Source: Octopus sinensis
Taxonomy: Eukaryota
Reading direction: 5' to 3'
DNA: 64,000 nt
NCBI RefSeq assembly: GCF_006345805.1
Contig: NC_043025.1
Span: forward strand, 10,292,001-10,356,000
The first letter of the stretch is position 1. Each line of letters starts with the position of its first letter. Under the pieces are notes generated by a model that was given only the letters and a program-made list of their open reading frames with translations, was not told the origin of the DNA and did not search any database. Position numbers and translations under genes: made by a program. Below, in pieces: positions 25,151 to 38,572 of the stretch.

Positions 25151-25367
25151 TTAACCCTTTCGTTACTGTATTTATTTTGAGATGTTCTGTGTTTCTTCCA
25201 ATTACTTTAAATATAACAAAGATGACTTAGTTATCATTCAGCCAGTATTATGAACGTAAATTGTGACTAAGGTTTGGTGGAAGATTTTAATTTAAAACTT
25301 ATGAAGACAAGACATTTGTACTCAGAACCAGAGCCGGTTTCAGCCGGGTGGGTAACGAAAGGGTTAA
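25151..25367 (+). mobile_element. piggyBac-type MITE
   Basis: Perfect TIRs and TTAA flanks. Confidence 0.9.
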
Positions 25368-27091
25368 TGTGTGTGTGTGTATGCCTGTGCATCTATGTGG
25401 GTGTATGTTTGTGCATGTATGTGTATATGCATGTATATTCTGTAAGGTAGTCGATGTTAACAAGGACATCTAACTGCAGATGCTAAGCCATAAACGAAAT
25501 GCAAGATGTGATCCCCCAATGCATTTAGGGTAGCCCCAAATACATGCTATTCTTATTAAAGCAATTTGTTTAACCCATGCTAGCATAGAAAGCAGACATA
25601 AAACAATTGTGTGTGTGTTATGTTTGCCTATGCATTTGTTTGCATTTTTATATATATGTATATAAATATGTATTTATGTACAGAGGGGTGGTGAGTGTCT
25701 GCTCATACATGCAAACTTGGTGAAGTGTGGCATGAAAATGGTGATAGTGATGGAGGAGAGTGGAATATATAATATACCTACATTTCAGTCTCTTGCTCTG
25801 TGTGCTTCTACTCTGCCTCAGTCTGCTAGTACCACTAATTTAATTTTCTCCTTCTCTTGCAAACTGCCTCTTTCCTTTTGTATTATGCAATCTAATTACA
25901 GTAGAATTGTGTCCACATTCACCTACATTCCTCTCTTTTATTACAATCCCTGTATAACGGGGAACTGCATCAACTCTTTATCTAGTATACCTCACTATTG
26001 ATATCCAGCATTATCTTACCAGTTAAACGTCACTCCCAGCACTCTTCCATTTACTGGTGTTTTATCTTCTTCTGGTCATTTATTAACAATCGTCACTTTC
26101 TTGCATCACAGACCACCTCCTCCCCCCCTGCTATGACTCTCTTTGTTCCATTTCTCCTTCCAATACTTTCTCTTTCAATATTACCTTCTCTTCCTACCTC
26201 TCTCCAATCACTCTAAAGTGGTTGACGTTTGGAAGGGCATCCAACTGTAAAAACCTTGCCAAAACTGACCTTGCTTTTGCTTGTGTCGCATAAAAAGTAC
26301 TCAGTCCACTCTGCTGGGTGGCTGGTGTTCGGAAGGGCATCCAGCTGTAAAAATCTTGCCAAAACAGTTACAGTAGTCTGGTGCAGGCTCCTGCCAGACA
26401 GTCTCACCCATGCCAGCATGGAAAGCAGATGTTAAATGATCAGGATACTGTTTCTTCACTTCTCTCTCTATTCAACCTCTTTCAGTGAATGGAGGAGACA
26501 TGGAGAATTCAGGATATTATAATCTTGCAAGCTACCAGCAACCTCACTAATACTAGTGCCTCAAAATTCACCTGGTTCAGTCAGTAACGTAGTTAGTGAA
26601 TAGGCACAGACAGTATTGGGCTGGAGGACCTTTAATATTGATTCTGTCCAACTCCTGTCAGTATGGAAAAAGGATGTAAATGGGGATGATGGAGATTGTA
26701 TGGGGTGTGTGGTGAAATAGCAATGTTATTCCTTGCTTCAGTTGTCTTGGCTTCACTCTTTTAGTTCAAATCCAACTGAAATCAATTTTGCATGGAGCAA
26801 ATTGGATTGGTGGAGGTGTTAGAGCATTGGACAAGATGCCTTACAATGTCTGTTCTAGGTTTTTTGCATTCTGAGTTCAGAACAAGATAGCTGACTTTGG
26901 TGTGTCTGTATATGTCAAAAAAAAGTTCTATCGGGTTATGGTATAGTGAAGATGAGTAGCAACAAAGGATGGGGACAGTATGAAGATAACAAGTCTATGA
27001 AAACATTTGTAAAATAATAGCAAAAATTATGTAGGACATGATTGATTTTACACAAAGAAAAACATATGCAAGTTATTTAGGAGCGCCGCCT

Positions 27092-27354
27092 TGACTGGCT
27101 TCTGTGCCGGTGGAACCTAAAATGCACCAATTCGATTGTGGCCGTTGCCAGCCTCACCTGGCACTTGTGCCGGTGGCACGTAAAAAGCACCCACTACACT
27201 CACGGAGTGGTTGGCGTTAGGAAGGGCATCCAGCTGTAGAAACACCGCCAGATCAGACTGGAGTCTGGTGCAGCTTTCTGGCTTTCCAGATCCCCGGTCG
27301 AACCGTCCAACCCATGCAAGCATGGAGAATGGACGTTAAACGATGATGATGATG
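27092..27354 (+). mobile_element. SINE family A
   Basis: Family core plus (gat)n tail. Confidence 0.9.
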
Positions 27355-27989
27355 TTGCCTGAAACAAACAGTATATTAGATAAAGTGTATTAAATGGATG
27401 GTGAAAGTTTTTTGACTGAAGTAAAACAAGACAAACCAGGGACAGTGTTCATAAGAGTAATACTGAAGAGAAATAAGTGTGCAATAGTTAGCTCTTGAAT
27501 GATGCAAAACTGAGAGAGAGATAGTGAAGAACAGTGATTTTAAATGTGGGTAAGTTAAAAAAAAAATGGAGCATGTGTGAACTGTTGGATTATGGGATAT
27601 CAGAAGGGCACAAAAAAAAAGAGAGCAAGAGAGATTGTGTGTGTACGTACATGTTAAATGGCCTAAAAGTTTATAGTCCCTGTAATAATAATGCAGTACT
27701 TGCACTCTGCTATATATATTCTGGGTTTTATGGAGTAGGTGTATTGCAAGGTAATGTTATAGAAGTGTGCTGAATATGTAACAGAACAATTAAGATAAGA
27801 TTAAAATAGGTAATAAGTGTGTATAACTCGAAGAGAGGTAGAAAGCATGAGCTTTGCCAGTGTTCAGCAATGAGAAGATCAGAGGTGTGACAAGTTCTGG
27901 ATTGGGAAGCTGTATGTCAGAATCGAGACTTTGTTGGGGAAAAGTTTGGAGGAAGTAATCAACACACACATACTCGTTAACAAATAAGT

Positions 27990-28425
27990 AAAAAGAGGTT
28001 TGGAAATGTTGTCACAGAAGGCTGAATGTGGAAAACTTGTGGGTGGAACATGTACAGCTACTTAAAGTGGACAGTTATGTGATCAAAATGACCTTTAGAT
28101 ATGAAGAGAAGAAAAGTGGCTGGTCCTTCAGGCATAATAACTAAGAAGCTGAAAATATCTGGCAAAGCAAGTGTGAAGCTGGTCACCTACATATTCGACT
28201 ATCCAATACATACAAGCATGACACTTAATGACTGCTACAAAGGCAAAGGAGATATTTTGTAACGAAGTAATTAGAGAGGTATCAGACTGAAGGGTCAGGT
28301 TATGAAAGTAACGGAAAGAGTATTAGCACAATTGATTAGGAGGAGAATTAGCTTAAATGAGATATGGTTGGGATTTGTGAGAAGTTGAACTCTATCTGAT
28401 GGTGTTTTTATGCTAAGAAACTTTT
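27990..28425 (+). pseudogene. Degenerate RTE-clade LINE, N-terminal part of the RT region
   Basis: Residual peptides MKRRKVAGPSGI (28101), CYKGKGD (28233) and MKVTERVLAQLIRRRI..GF; interrupted by stops and frameshifts. Confidence 0.7.
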
Positions 28426-28677
28426 AGCTAAGTATAGCTTCTCTGCCTTCCATTTGTTAATCTGGAAATTGCAGCACCCTTTGACAGTGTACCACAATTT
28501 GTGGAGTGGTGATCTTTAAGAAAACTAGGTGTAGCTGGATGGCTTGTAAGGCTGGTGTGAGCCATGTACAAAGATACAGTCAATCGAGTGAGAGTGGCAA
28601 CATGTTCAGCCAAGAATTAGCATTCAGGTAAGTATTCGCCAAGGTTTGGTTCTCAAGCTATAATAGGAATTTTCGAA

Positions 28678-29230
28678 TCATCATCATCATCGTTTAACGT
28701 CCGCTTTCCATGCTAGCATGGGGTGGACGGTTCAACTGGGGTCTGGGAAGCCAGAAGGCTGCACCAGGCCCAGTCTGATCGGGCAGTGTTTCTACAGCTT
28801 GATGCCCTTCCTAACGTCAACCACTCCATGAGTGTAGTGGGTGCTTTTTACGTGCCAGACGAAGCTGGCAATGGCCACGATCGGATGGTGCTTTTTACAT
28901 GCCACCGGCACGGAGACCAGATGAAGCTGGCAATGGCCACGATCGGATGGTGCTTTTTACATGCCACCGGCACAGGTGCCAGACGAGGCTGGCAAATGGC
29001 CACGATTGGATGCTGCTTTTTACGTGCCACCGGCACGGAGACCAGACGAAGCTGGCAATGGCCACGATTGGATGGTGCTTTTTACGTGCCACCGGCACGG
29101 AGGCCAGTCAGGGTGGCACTGGCTACGGCCACATTCGGATGGTTCTCTTACGTGCCACCAGCACTGGTATCACAGCTACAAATTCCATTGATGTTGATCG
29201 ATTACGATTTGATTTTGATTTTCACTTGCC
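28678..29230 (-). mobile_element. SINE family A with 4-5 internal subrepeats, inserted into an older RTE
   Basis: (cat)n, family core and repeated ggcaatggccacgatcggatggtgctttttac units, with RTE remnants on both sides. Confidence 0.9.
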
Positions 29231-29289
29231 TCAGTGGAGGTAAAATGTTGAATCAAGAAATTTCAGGATATACTTGAAGAGCAAAGTTT

Positions 29290-30015
29290 TAGTGAGGAAT
29301 ATGACTGCACTTTGATAAATGGTAAAGGTGTTGACAGGTACTCCTTATGACATTACATGATGTGAACAGTGAGTGCATAAGACGTGTAGAGGAATCACAG
29401 ACAAGCTGATATAGATTTTGTATTTGGCAGATGTACAGGAGTAAATAACACTGGTAAAATAACTTCTCAATGCTTGGAAGGTTGTATAAAAGCAATTAGT
29501 AGCTTGTTATGTAGGTGACCTAAACATTTGTAGAGTCAAGTGCTCTGAAAGCATAGTAGCCACTTCTGTTGACAACAAGGGGAATGTTTGCCCGAACAAA
29601 GAGTACATTGTACATTGTGTACAGAGTGCAATACTGCATAGTAGTGAGATGTGGGCAGTGAAGACATGACGATGTGAAAAGGATGTAATGTTAGTAGGCA
29701 TGAACAGTATGTTACAGATGAGCTGAGAGATAAACTTTAATATGAATGGTATCAGATGTAATGTGCAAGATGTGTCTGCTTTGCTACAAACGAGCCTAGT
29801 GATGGTAAAAGAAGTGCCAGGAGATCCATATAAAAGTAAAATGTGGCACATGACACTGAAGAAGGCATGTGGCAGAATTGGAGAAAGCTAATATTGAGAT
29901 ATTGAACATGAGAAAGAATAGGAAAGACAGCACTAAGTGGAAAGAGATTATTTGGAAAGAACCCACCCAGTTCATGAAAGCAAGAAAATGTGAACTTGGA
30001 GAGGATAAAAATGAT
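29290..30015 (+). pseudogene. Continuation of the same degenerate RTE LINE (C-terminal part and 3' end)
   Basis: CVQSAILHSSEMWAV (29616) matches the RTE CVRSAMLHGSETW-type motif; separated from the 5' block by the SINE at 28678. Confidence 0.65.
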
Positions 30016-30845
30016 GTGTGTTTGTGTCCGTACATTCTCATGTTTTATATTCATTTTTCTACGATAGTATTGTTTAGATGGATACATATTATCAAGGCTT
30101 TACGCTACAGCCAGATGTCCGTTATGTATATGCATAAAATGGGTGTGTTTGTGTGTATGTATGTCCTCATTCTATGTCTGCTTTCCATGCTGGTATGGGT
30201 TGGTGTATTTGATTCCAATGTCTTAAATTTCCCTTGGTTTCTATGGTTGGGTGTCTTCTAACACCAAACACCTTTTGAGTGTACTGGGTACCTTTTCTGT
30301 GGCACCTGCCTAATTTGCAAAACTAAAGAATCTCTTTACTGAGAGGAAGACAAGAAGAGGTGGTGGTGAATTGAGGTAAGGTATTGAAAGCAAATATTGA
30401 GAAAATAAGTCCATGTGTATGGATTCGTATTTGGATATGCATGTCGATGCCTATACGGATGTGTAAGTGTGTATATGTAGGGATGTATATCTTTGTGTGT
30501 GTATGTGTGTAGACGTATATATGTTATGTATATATGTGTATGGGACAGGTGTATGTGTTTATATGTTTATAGATAAGTATATATGTCTATGTATGTGTTT
30601 GTATATATTTTTACATATGAGCATATTGGCATAGTTGTGGGTGAGCATATATATATTTGCAAAAATGTACTTGTGTATATATAGGAGTATGTAAATATAT
30701 ATAAATGTATGTGCCTGTATATACTCTTGCATGTGTGCATATGTATAGGTATATCCATGTGTACATATGCATGTATATGTGTGTGTATTTGTATGTCTGT
30801 ATATATATATTAAATAAATAATTTTGTGTGTGTATATATAGATAA

Positions 30846-30866
<21 letters not shown>

Positions 30867-30876
<10 letters not shown>

Positions 30877-30968
30877 TAAATGTATGTCATCATCATCATC
30901 GTTTAACGTCCGTTTTCCATGCTGGACGTTAAACGATGATGATGATGACATACATTTATATATATATA
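30867..30968. repeat. Perfect 45-bp inverted repeat with a 12-nt loop
   Basis: 30867-30911 is the exact reverse complement of 30924-30968. Confidence 0.95.
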
Positions 30969-31776
30969 TATATATATATATGTATAAATAAATGTGTGCG
31001 TGTATATATATATATAAATGTATGTATGTGTGTATGTAGTCAGTTTTCATTTGACATTATTTTCTTTAAAGCAAACCGATTTTACAACTTAGTGATATAA
31101 ACGTGTTCCTTTCATCCAGTGTATTCCCATAATGCATTGTTACTTACAAAAAACATCAAAGTATTAGTTAAAGGCTGAAAAGACTTCTTAAGTGAAACAT
31201 TGAAATATATGTGTCATTTGATATCATCTCTAGATGACCAGTAGAAAAAGAAATTGTTGCTAGAAAATGAAAAATGATGTGCTCTGCATGTCTCAGGATG
31301 ATCAAATTAATTTGTGTATTTTAATTACAACTCTGTGCCTTAAGTTTCTTTGTTTTAATTCATGTTTTAAGTATCATCATATCTGAAAAGTTACATTTCT
31401 ATGAAGTAGGTGGTAGATATATAAAGATTGTGTCTTAGATGACATTTGTGATTGCAAAAGAAATGTAACATTATCCATCATTAATTATCTTTTAATGAAC
31501 TGAAAATGCAACTAATTAAAAAAAAAATTCAGCTTGGGAGTCTCTATGCTGTGAATATTTACAGTACTTGGTTTTGTGTTATTTCATATTTATATTACGA
31601 AATGATGTTGAGGACTGTGTATGTATATATATATTCATTATAAAACGTATGTATGTGCTTTTACATTTGGATATATACAGATGTGTGTTTGTATTTTTAG
31701 ATGTACCTACACAAAGACTTTTAGATACATCTGTGTGTAAAAATATTTATATATGCGTATATATATTTATATATAT

Positions 31777-32043
31777 AGGCATAGGAGTGGCTCTGTGGTA
31801 AGTAGCTCGCTTACAAACCACATGGTTCCGGGTTCAGTCCCACTGCGTGGCACCTTGGGCAAGTGTCTTCTACTATAGCCTCGGGCCAACCAAAGCCTTG
31901 TGAGTGGATCTGGTAGACGGAAACTGAAAGAAGCCTGTCGTATATATACTAGGCTTACAAAGAATTCCTGGGGTCGATTTGCTCGACTAAAGGCGGTGCT
32001 CCAGCATGGCCACATTCAAATGACTGAAACAAGTAAAAGAGTA
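31777..32043 (+). mobile_element. SINE family B, internally deleted
   Basis: Head and 3' end are present and the middle segment is absent. Confidence 0.88.
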
Positions 32044-33166
32044 TGCCTATATATTTGTGTGTATAAGTAAACATGTGGATATAGATGTGTAAATATGAGT
32101 GTGTGTATATATATATGCACCACCTCTCCTTGCCCTTAAAAAAGACAAGCACCTTGGAAATCTAGAAAGATGCACAGAACCCAGCCCCACACAACCAAGC
32201 ACTTTTAAATGTGCCTTCTGATGATGCAATCTGTCCCTATATTAAAAATACTACCACTCACTGAACCCCAAGACATAATATCATGTTATTCAGAACTTCT
32301 GTTGCTCAAAGTCATGTATACTGCATCACTTTGTATGCTGCATCATATAAAAACTTAGCAATGCCCTTTTCTTTGGGAAAACAGGCTGACACCTTGATGA
32401 TCATTTTCAGGAGCACATGTATACCAGGCCAACCTGCCACTAACACTACAGGCCATTCTATTGCTCACTTATCATTGTGTAACTTCGCTGCACATCATGG
32501 ATCCTTATTCTCAAGGAACTGGAGGGAACATTACATATTCAAGTTTGTCATTGACAGCTTTAAATGAACACCTTTCCTTCTAGTCTTATACCTCATTAAA
32601 CCCTTTCTTATCCTTCAACTCTGCTCTCATGCCATCTTTTCCCTTCACCCCATTCCAAACTTCTTTTTCCAATAATCTTTCCTCATGCATTCTCACACTG
32701 TTCCTCCTACCACTTCTTGTTCATGTGTGAAACCCATGCGGTCCTACATTCCTTATTAGTTGCAGCCGTTTCTTTCTCTTTTTTAACTTGGAGTGTGTAA
32801 ATCTCTGCCGTTTCACTTCTTTCTCCCCTTTCAAATTTTCCTTGAAGAAGGACTCTGTCCAAAACATTGGATTTTCCACTTGTAGCAAGTTCTTGTGCTT
32901 TTTATTCATTTTACTACATTATGTGTGTGTGTGTGCATGTGTGTGTATATGTATATATGTACTTATTTATGTTTATATGTGCAAGTGTGTGTATATGCAT
33001 GTGTTTATGTAGGCATAAATACATGCATAAGTATCCATGTTTGCACGTATATATAAAGAGCACACCTACATTGCTTCTGATTGCTTTTTATATTTTTAAA
33101 AAGGAAAGTCAGTCAGAAATAATGTACCTGTCCTTTATATGCACATATGAAGTCTTTGAGATGAAA

Positions 33167-33357
33167 TCATCATCATCAACATCGTTTAACGTCCGCTTTC
33201 CATACTGGCATGGGTTGGCCGATTTTGACTGAGGACTGGCGAACCAGATGACTGCACCAGGCTCCAATCTTGATCTGGCAGAGTTTCTACAGCTGGATGC
33301 CCTTCCTAATGCCAACCACTCCGAGAGTGTAGTGGGTGCTTTTTACGTACCACCAGT
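33167..33357 (-). mobile_element. SINE family A, truncated
   Basis: (cat)n plus family core. Confidence 0.85.
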
Positions 33358-35018
33358 ACATAAAACTATTTCTTGAATCCTTTTTTCTTGTTTTTTTGTG
33401 TTTTCTTGCCTTTGTCCCTGCTTGAAAGTGGAATCATCACATTTTCTCATCGATGGTTGAAAGGTTGTCACTGACAAGTAATTGAAATCATGTGGCAAGT
33501 GAAAATTATTAACCAAAATGAAGTTAAAGAATTTTGGCCCGAGAAATATTTACATGCATAGCATGTATATCTATATGCATATGTTTGTGTATGTGCAGCA
33601 GCAAAAATATCGAGGACAATGTCCACTTGTGAACTTTTGTAGTTTTCCATATGTTTTTGCAGTTGTGATTTCTCATGCAACAGCAAGACACCACCCAGCC
33701 ATCTCGGTTCTGCAAGAGGTTCCTTAAAACATCTCAGTTCTTTCTCAAAAGTCCTTGGAGAAGGCAACTACCATTGGCACAATGACTAGGCATTTTGGAC
33801 AGTTGTCAAGAATTTAGCCATCAGTAGCCAATTAATACCAGCTTGCCTTAAAGAAGCCAGAGTTGTCAATACTGGAGAGAAACCGTATCATCATCTTCAG
33901 CATTTAATGTCCATTTTTCCATGGGTTTGATGCAATTTATTGAGGCAAATTTTCTACAGCCCAATACCCTTCCTGTCACTAGCATTTACCTGCTTCTAAG
34001 CAAAGTAGTATTTACCCATGACCAGAGATGTATTTTTATGGAAGACTGGAAATGACAATTATCACATAGTGGTGTTTATACAAGGGTACACTCTTACAAA
34101 TATATATGGTCAACTTCTTTCAGTTTCTGTTTACCAAACCCTTTCACAAGGCTGCAGTTGGCCTGGGACTATAGTAGAAGACACTTGCCTGCACAGTGCA
34201 GTGGTACTAAATCCCAGACCACATGGTTTGGAAGCAAGCTTTTTAGCTTGGCTATGGTTGTACCTACACACACACAAAATGGGACCAAGAGAAAATATAA
34301 ATGATAGCTTGCCATTAGAAATTAGAATTTGAAATTTCTGTAGAAATTGCAAAAAATAAAGTTGGCCAACTAGAATCTTATCAACGTGTGTTACAATAAC
34401 TATTCAGAATTTTGCAAATGATGTTGGTAAATGCAAAAATATGAATTTCATTCAGAATTTACATAAAGTAAGAAATCATTCTAGAATTTACAATACCTTG
34501 GGAAGAGTAAATTGATCAAGTCAGTGACTGGAACCATGCAGTTAACTGGGGAAGAATTGCCAGGTCAGAGACAGGAAGGCATTATGAGTCTATGGAGGTG
34601 GACTGGAGCGAATTGGTTGAACACTCACTCTTTTTGACTAGGGGTGGTAAAGATGATCATTCAGTCTGCATGTGAAATGGTTGAAGATACCACCTATGTG
34701 GTGGCTTTGGATGAAGAGAGATTGATCTATGGAGTGATGGTACTAGGATAAAAGGTTGGGATCTGTTGAACCTTTGCTAAGCTGCCTGGGTGAGGAGGTC
34801 TCATGTTGAAAGACTTGAAACACCTAATGACCCTTTATGAGGTGTTACAGCTCGTCCAAGAAATGAATCTTGCACATATGTGTATATGTATGTATGTATG
34901 TATATATCTACATGTATGTGTTATGTCTGTGTATATTATAACGTGTATGTGTTTGAGTATATATAATTGTGTATATGTTTGTATATATGAATATTACGTG
35001 TGTCTATATACACACATA

Positions 35019-35387
35019 GCTTTCCATAGCTATGGAAAGGTCAATGCTTGGTATCTCGTTTAGAGAGCACATAAGTAGCAAGATCATCAGAAAGAAGTCC
35101 GTCGTGAGAGATGTCATCGCAGAGTATACACGCAGCAAGTATAGATGGGCTGGACACGTCACCCGGCTCACCGATAATCGGTGGACGCACGCAGTTGTCG
35201 AGTGGTACCCGCGTGAGCGGAAAAGACCACCCGGAAGACCTCCACGGCGGTGGAGTTACGATTTCAGGAGGACGATTGGGATCACGTGGATGAGAAAGGC
35301 GCGATCCAGAGAGGAGTGGACAGCATGCTGTGACCAGCGGTGTCAAATGGATGCCTGACGGACTGGTCGGTCAAGGTGATCAAGGTG
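35019..35387 (+). mobile_element. Young 5'-truncated RTE-clade LINE with a 13-bp TSD
   Basis: Intact ORF 35032-35358 (MERSMLGI..RWAGHVTRLTDNRW..W.P..KRPPGRPPRRW). TSD atatacacacata at 35006-35018 and 35388-35400. Confidence 0.92.
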
Positions 35388-35955
35388 ATATACACACATA
35401 CATTGTTGTGTGAGTAATATAATATATATACACAACATTTGTAATGTTTATGTGGGTGTGTATACATATACACACGCGTGGACAGCGTGCTGTGACCAGC
35501 GGTGTCAAATGGACGCCTGACGGACTGGTCGGTCAAGGTGATCAAGGTGATATACACACATACATTTTTGTGTGAGTAATATAATATATATACACAACAC
35601 TTGTAATGTTTATGTGGGCGTGTATACATATACACACGCGTGGACAGCGTGCTGTGACCAGCGGTGTCAAATGGATGCCTAATGGACTGGTCGGTCAAGG
35701 TGATATACACACATACATTGTTGTGTGAGTAATATAATATATATACACAACATTTGTAATGTTTATGTGGGTGTGTATACATATACACACGCGTGGACAG
35801 CGTGCTGTGACCAGCGGTGTCAAATGGATGCCTGACGGACTGGTCGGTCAAGGTGGTCATGGTGATATACACACATACATTGTTGTGTGAGTAATATAAT
35901 ATATATACACAACACTTGTAATGTTTATGTGGGTGTGTATACATATATACACACA
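35316..35955 (+). repeat. Four-unit tandem array (162, 162, 153 and about 162 bp) of LINE 3' end plus flanking DNA
   Basis: Unit starts gtggacagc at 35316, 35478, 35640 and 35793. Confidence 0.92.
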
Positions 35956-38313
35956 CACACGCACACATGTATCCACATATACATACATTGTGTTATATTG
36001 TGTGTTACATATAATACTTGTAGGTATAAAGAAGTTTGATGTGCAATGCCTGTTCTGTCAGGATTTGTGTGAATGTGTGGTGAAGCTAGACTGTGGCAAA
36101 TATAGGTCATGTGTTTCGTTTTTCTTCTTCTTCTTCACAGAGACTATCAGCATATTGAATATTATGATACTGCTGCTGATTGCTGGCCCACAAACCTTGG
36201 GAGCTGCATGAAGCAGATGGTATAGGATAAAGGATATAGGATAAAGAACCTAATTCTCACAAGAACTATTGTTATGTCCTTTTGTTTAGCGAGAATGTGC
36301 AAACGCGCACACACACATACAAATGTGAACAACATATTAGCAAATATCTAATAGTAATTCTAGTATTTATGACTCCTGCTTCTTGAGATATTATCTTATT
36401 ACTGAATTAGATAAAAATAAAAGAAAAACATTAGTTATAAGAATATATAAATAATAGTTGAACTGAAAGTATCTTTGATATGTTTTTTTGTTTTTTTTTT
36501 GGAGGGGGGGAATTTTTAAGGTTTTTAGATGGCTATTTCAGATGATCATGATGGGACATCTTTTAATGAGACACTATATATAAGATGGTGTTTGGGATGT
36601 AGAAAACAAATATATATGCTTGTATGTTTAGGTGAGGTTTAGAATATGAAGAACAAATATATAGGTATATTAAAATGGTACTTGGAACATAGAGGGACTT
36701 TATAGGTGTATTTAAGACGGTGTGTGATGCATAACAGCAAAAGATAAATATATATTGGTATCTTAAAATGACATGTGGAACATAATTTAATGAAAGCTCT
36801 CTAAGTGACCATCACAATGGAAAGTTTTTATTGCAATGAACCATTGTGTGAAATACCGAAACAGTCTGAGAAGTGTTAAACTTTGAACACGTAATCTAAA
36901 CAAAAAACAATACCCCCTGTTTATTTTGGTATCTGGTGATGAATGCTGATTGAGCAATTCTAGATATTAACATCAAGATCAATGAAACATTTAAATATAT
37001 GGAAGTTTAAAATCAGATTACATATAATATGCAGTGGCATGCGTGTACACACACATACACACACACAGATCAATCTTTATATGTTATAAACTGAGTTTTT
37101 TCTACTTTTAATCACTTCTAATGTGAATAACTTTGTTACATATTTCTAATGAAATATATAATTTTTTTTTTCTTTTTAAAACTAATTTTGACGAAAATCA
37201 AGGATTTGGAGGGATTAACTAACTATTGTATGATTAAAGTGGTGTTTGGTCCATTATCAAAAGATTTATACATGAAAGTATAATGGAAATATGAACAAGA
37301 AGTTTTGTATGATGGAATAAGAGGCAGTTTGAGGTAGGCTGCTATCAAAATGTGTGTTAAGTAATTATTATATAGGTATAAATTCAGCATATATTATGAA
37401 AGGAAATTAGAGGAATTGATTAGATCATAAAATAGGAGCCAGTGAAGTGTGAGTGAGGTTTTAAGTCAGTTGTAATGCTTTGTAAATCTTGGGTATGTTA
37501 AGGACATTTGGGGTTTTATTTATTTTGGGTTTTTTATTTAAACTTTGCTCATGACCATTTGAACCTGTTGCTTTATTTTTTTTTTGTACATATGTTCAGT
37601 AAATATTTCATTTTTATTTTTTAAATATTAAAAAGTAAAGGCTAAAATATGTAAGACTTTCAATTATATATTTTTATAACAAATATATTTATATTCATAA
37701 CAAATATAATATGAGAATTTTTATCATTTTTAGACTTTCTCCTCTACCACTTCCACCTGGGTGGCACTAAAGTTAAACACATATACTACAACAACAATGT
37801 TAAGCAAACAAATAAAAGGAAATAGAAAACAAACATGCAAAAAAAAAAAAAAAAAAACTAAAAAAATTTTCCTAAATAAAACAAAGCAGAATGGCTGCTT
37901 TGTTGAGGCCATGGAACAATGTGACTTCTACTGACAAGTTGTGAGAAGGAAATGCCAATAATTTTTGATTTAAAAAAAAAAAAAAAAAATTCTTTTTATT
38001 ATGGAGAAATTCACCAAGATGTGTATAGGTGTGGTTTTGTACAACTGCTTTTTTCCCCCCCTTTAAAAAGAAAATATAACTCACAATCTGTGAGTGTGTG
38101 TGTTTTGATGTGCATGTTTCTTAAAAATAATTTTGTATGAACTGGTCAGATCTACAGACATTACTTACAGGACATCATTGATGATAAATGTGTGTACATT
38201 ACCCATGGAGAAGATTATTTTACAAATATATATATATAGGGTGGCGAATACTCGTTATAAATATCACCACCAGTGACCCAGCATGTATAAAAAAGTCAAT
38301 AGACAACATATTC

Positions 38314-38535
38314 ATATTTCAAAATAGAAAATTACCCTTTACCAGATAATTTTTACATGCTAGAAATAGCTGTCAACACGGCCAAAAACCACAATTTTAC
38401 CTTGTTAAATAACAAGGTAAAGGTTTTTATTTTTCATCTACTTCGAAATTTGCTATAGAATTGTGGTCTTTGGCCATGTTGGCTGCTATTTCTAGCATGT
38501 AAAAATTACCTGTTAAAGGGTAATTTTCTATTTTG

Positions 38536-38541
<6 letters not shown>
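38314..38541. repeat. Inverted repeat of about 83 bp (fold-back or MITE)
   Basis: Arms 38314-38396 and 38459-38541 differ by only a few substitutions. Confidence 0.9.

Positions 38542-38572
<31 letters not shown>

Noticed and set aside
30559-31050. 163-aa minus-strand ORF rich in Y/I/H/T (likewise 59847-60448)
   Set aside because: An artefact of (TA)n/(CA)n microsatellites, which lack stop codons in some frames.
35282-35968. 228-aa repetitive ORF and a superficially CRISPR-like array
   Set aside because: It is the antisense reading of the tandem LINE-tail array; units are near-identical with no unique spacers, and the DNA is eukaryotic.
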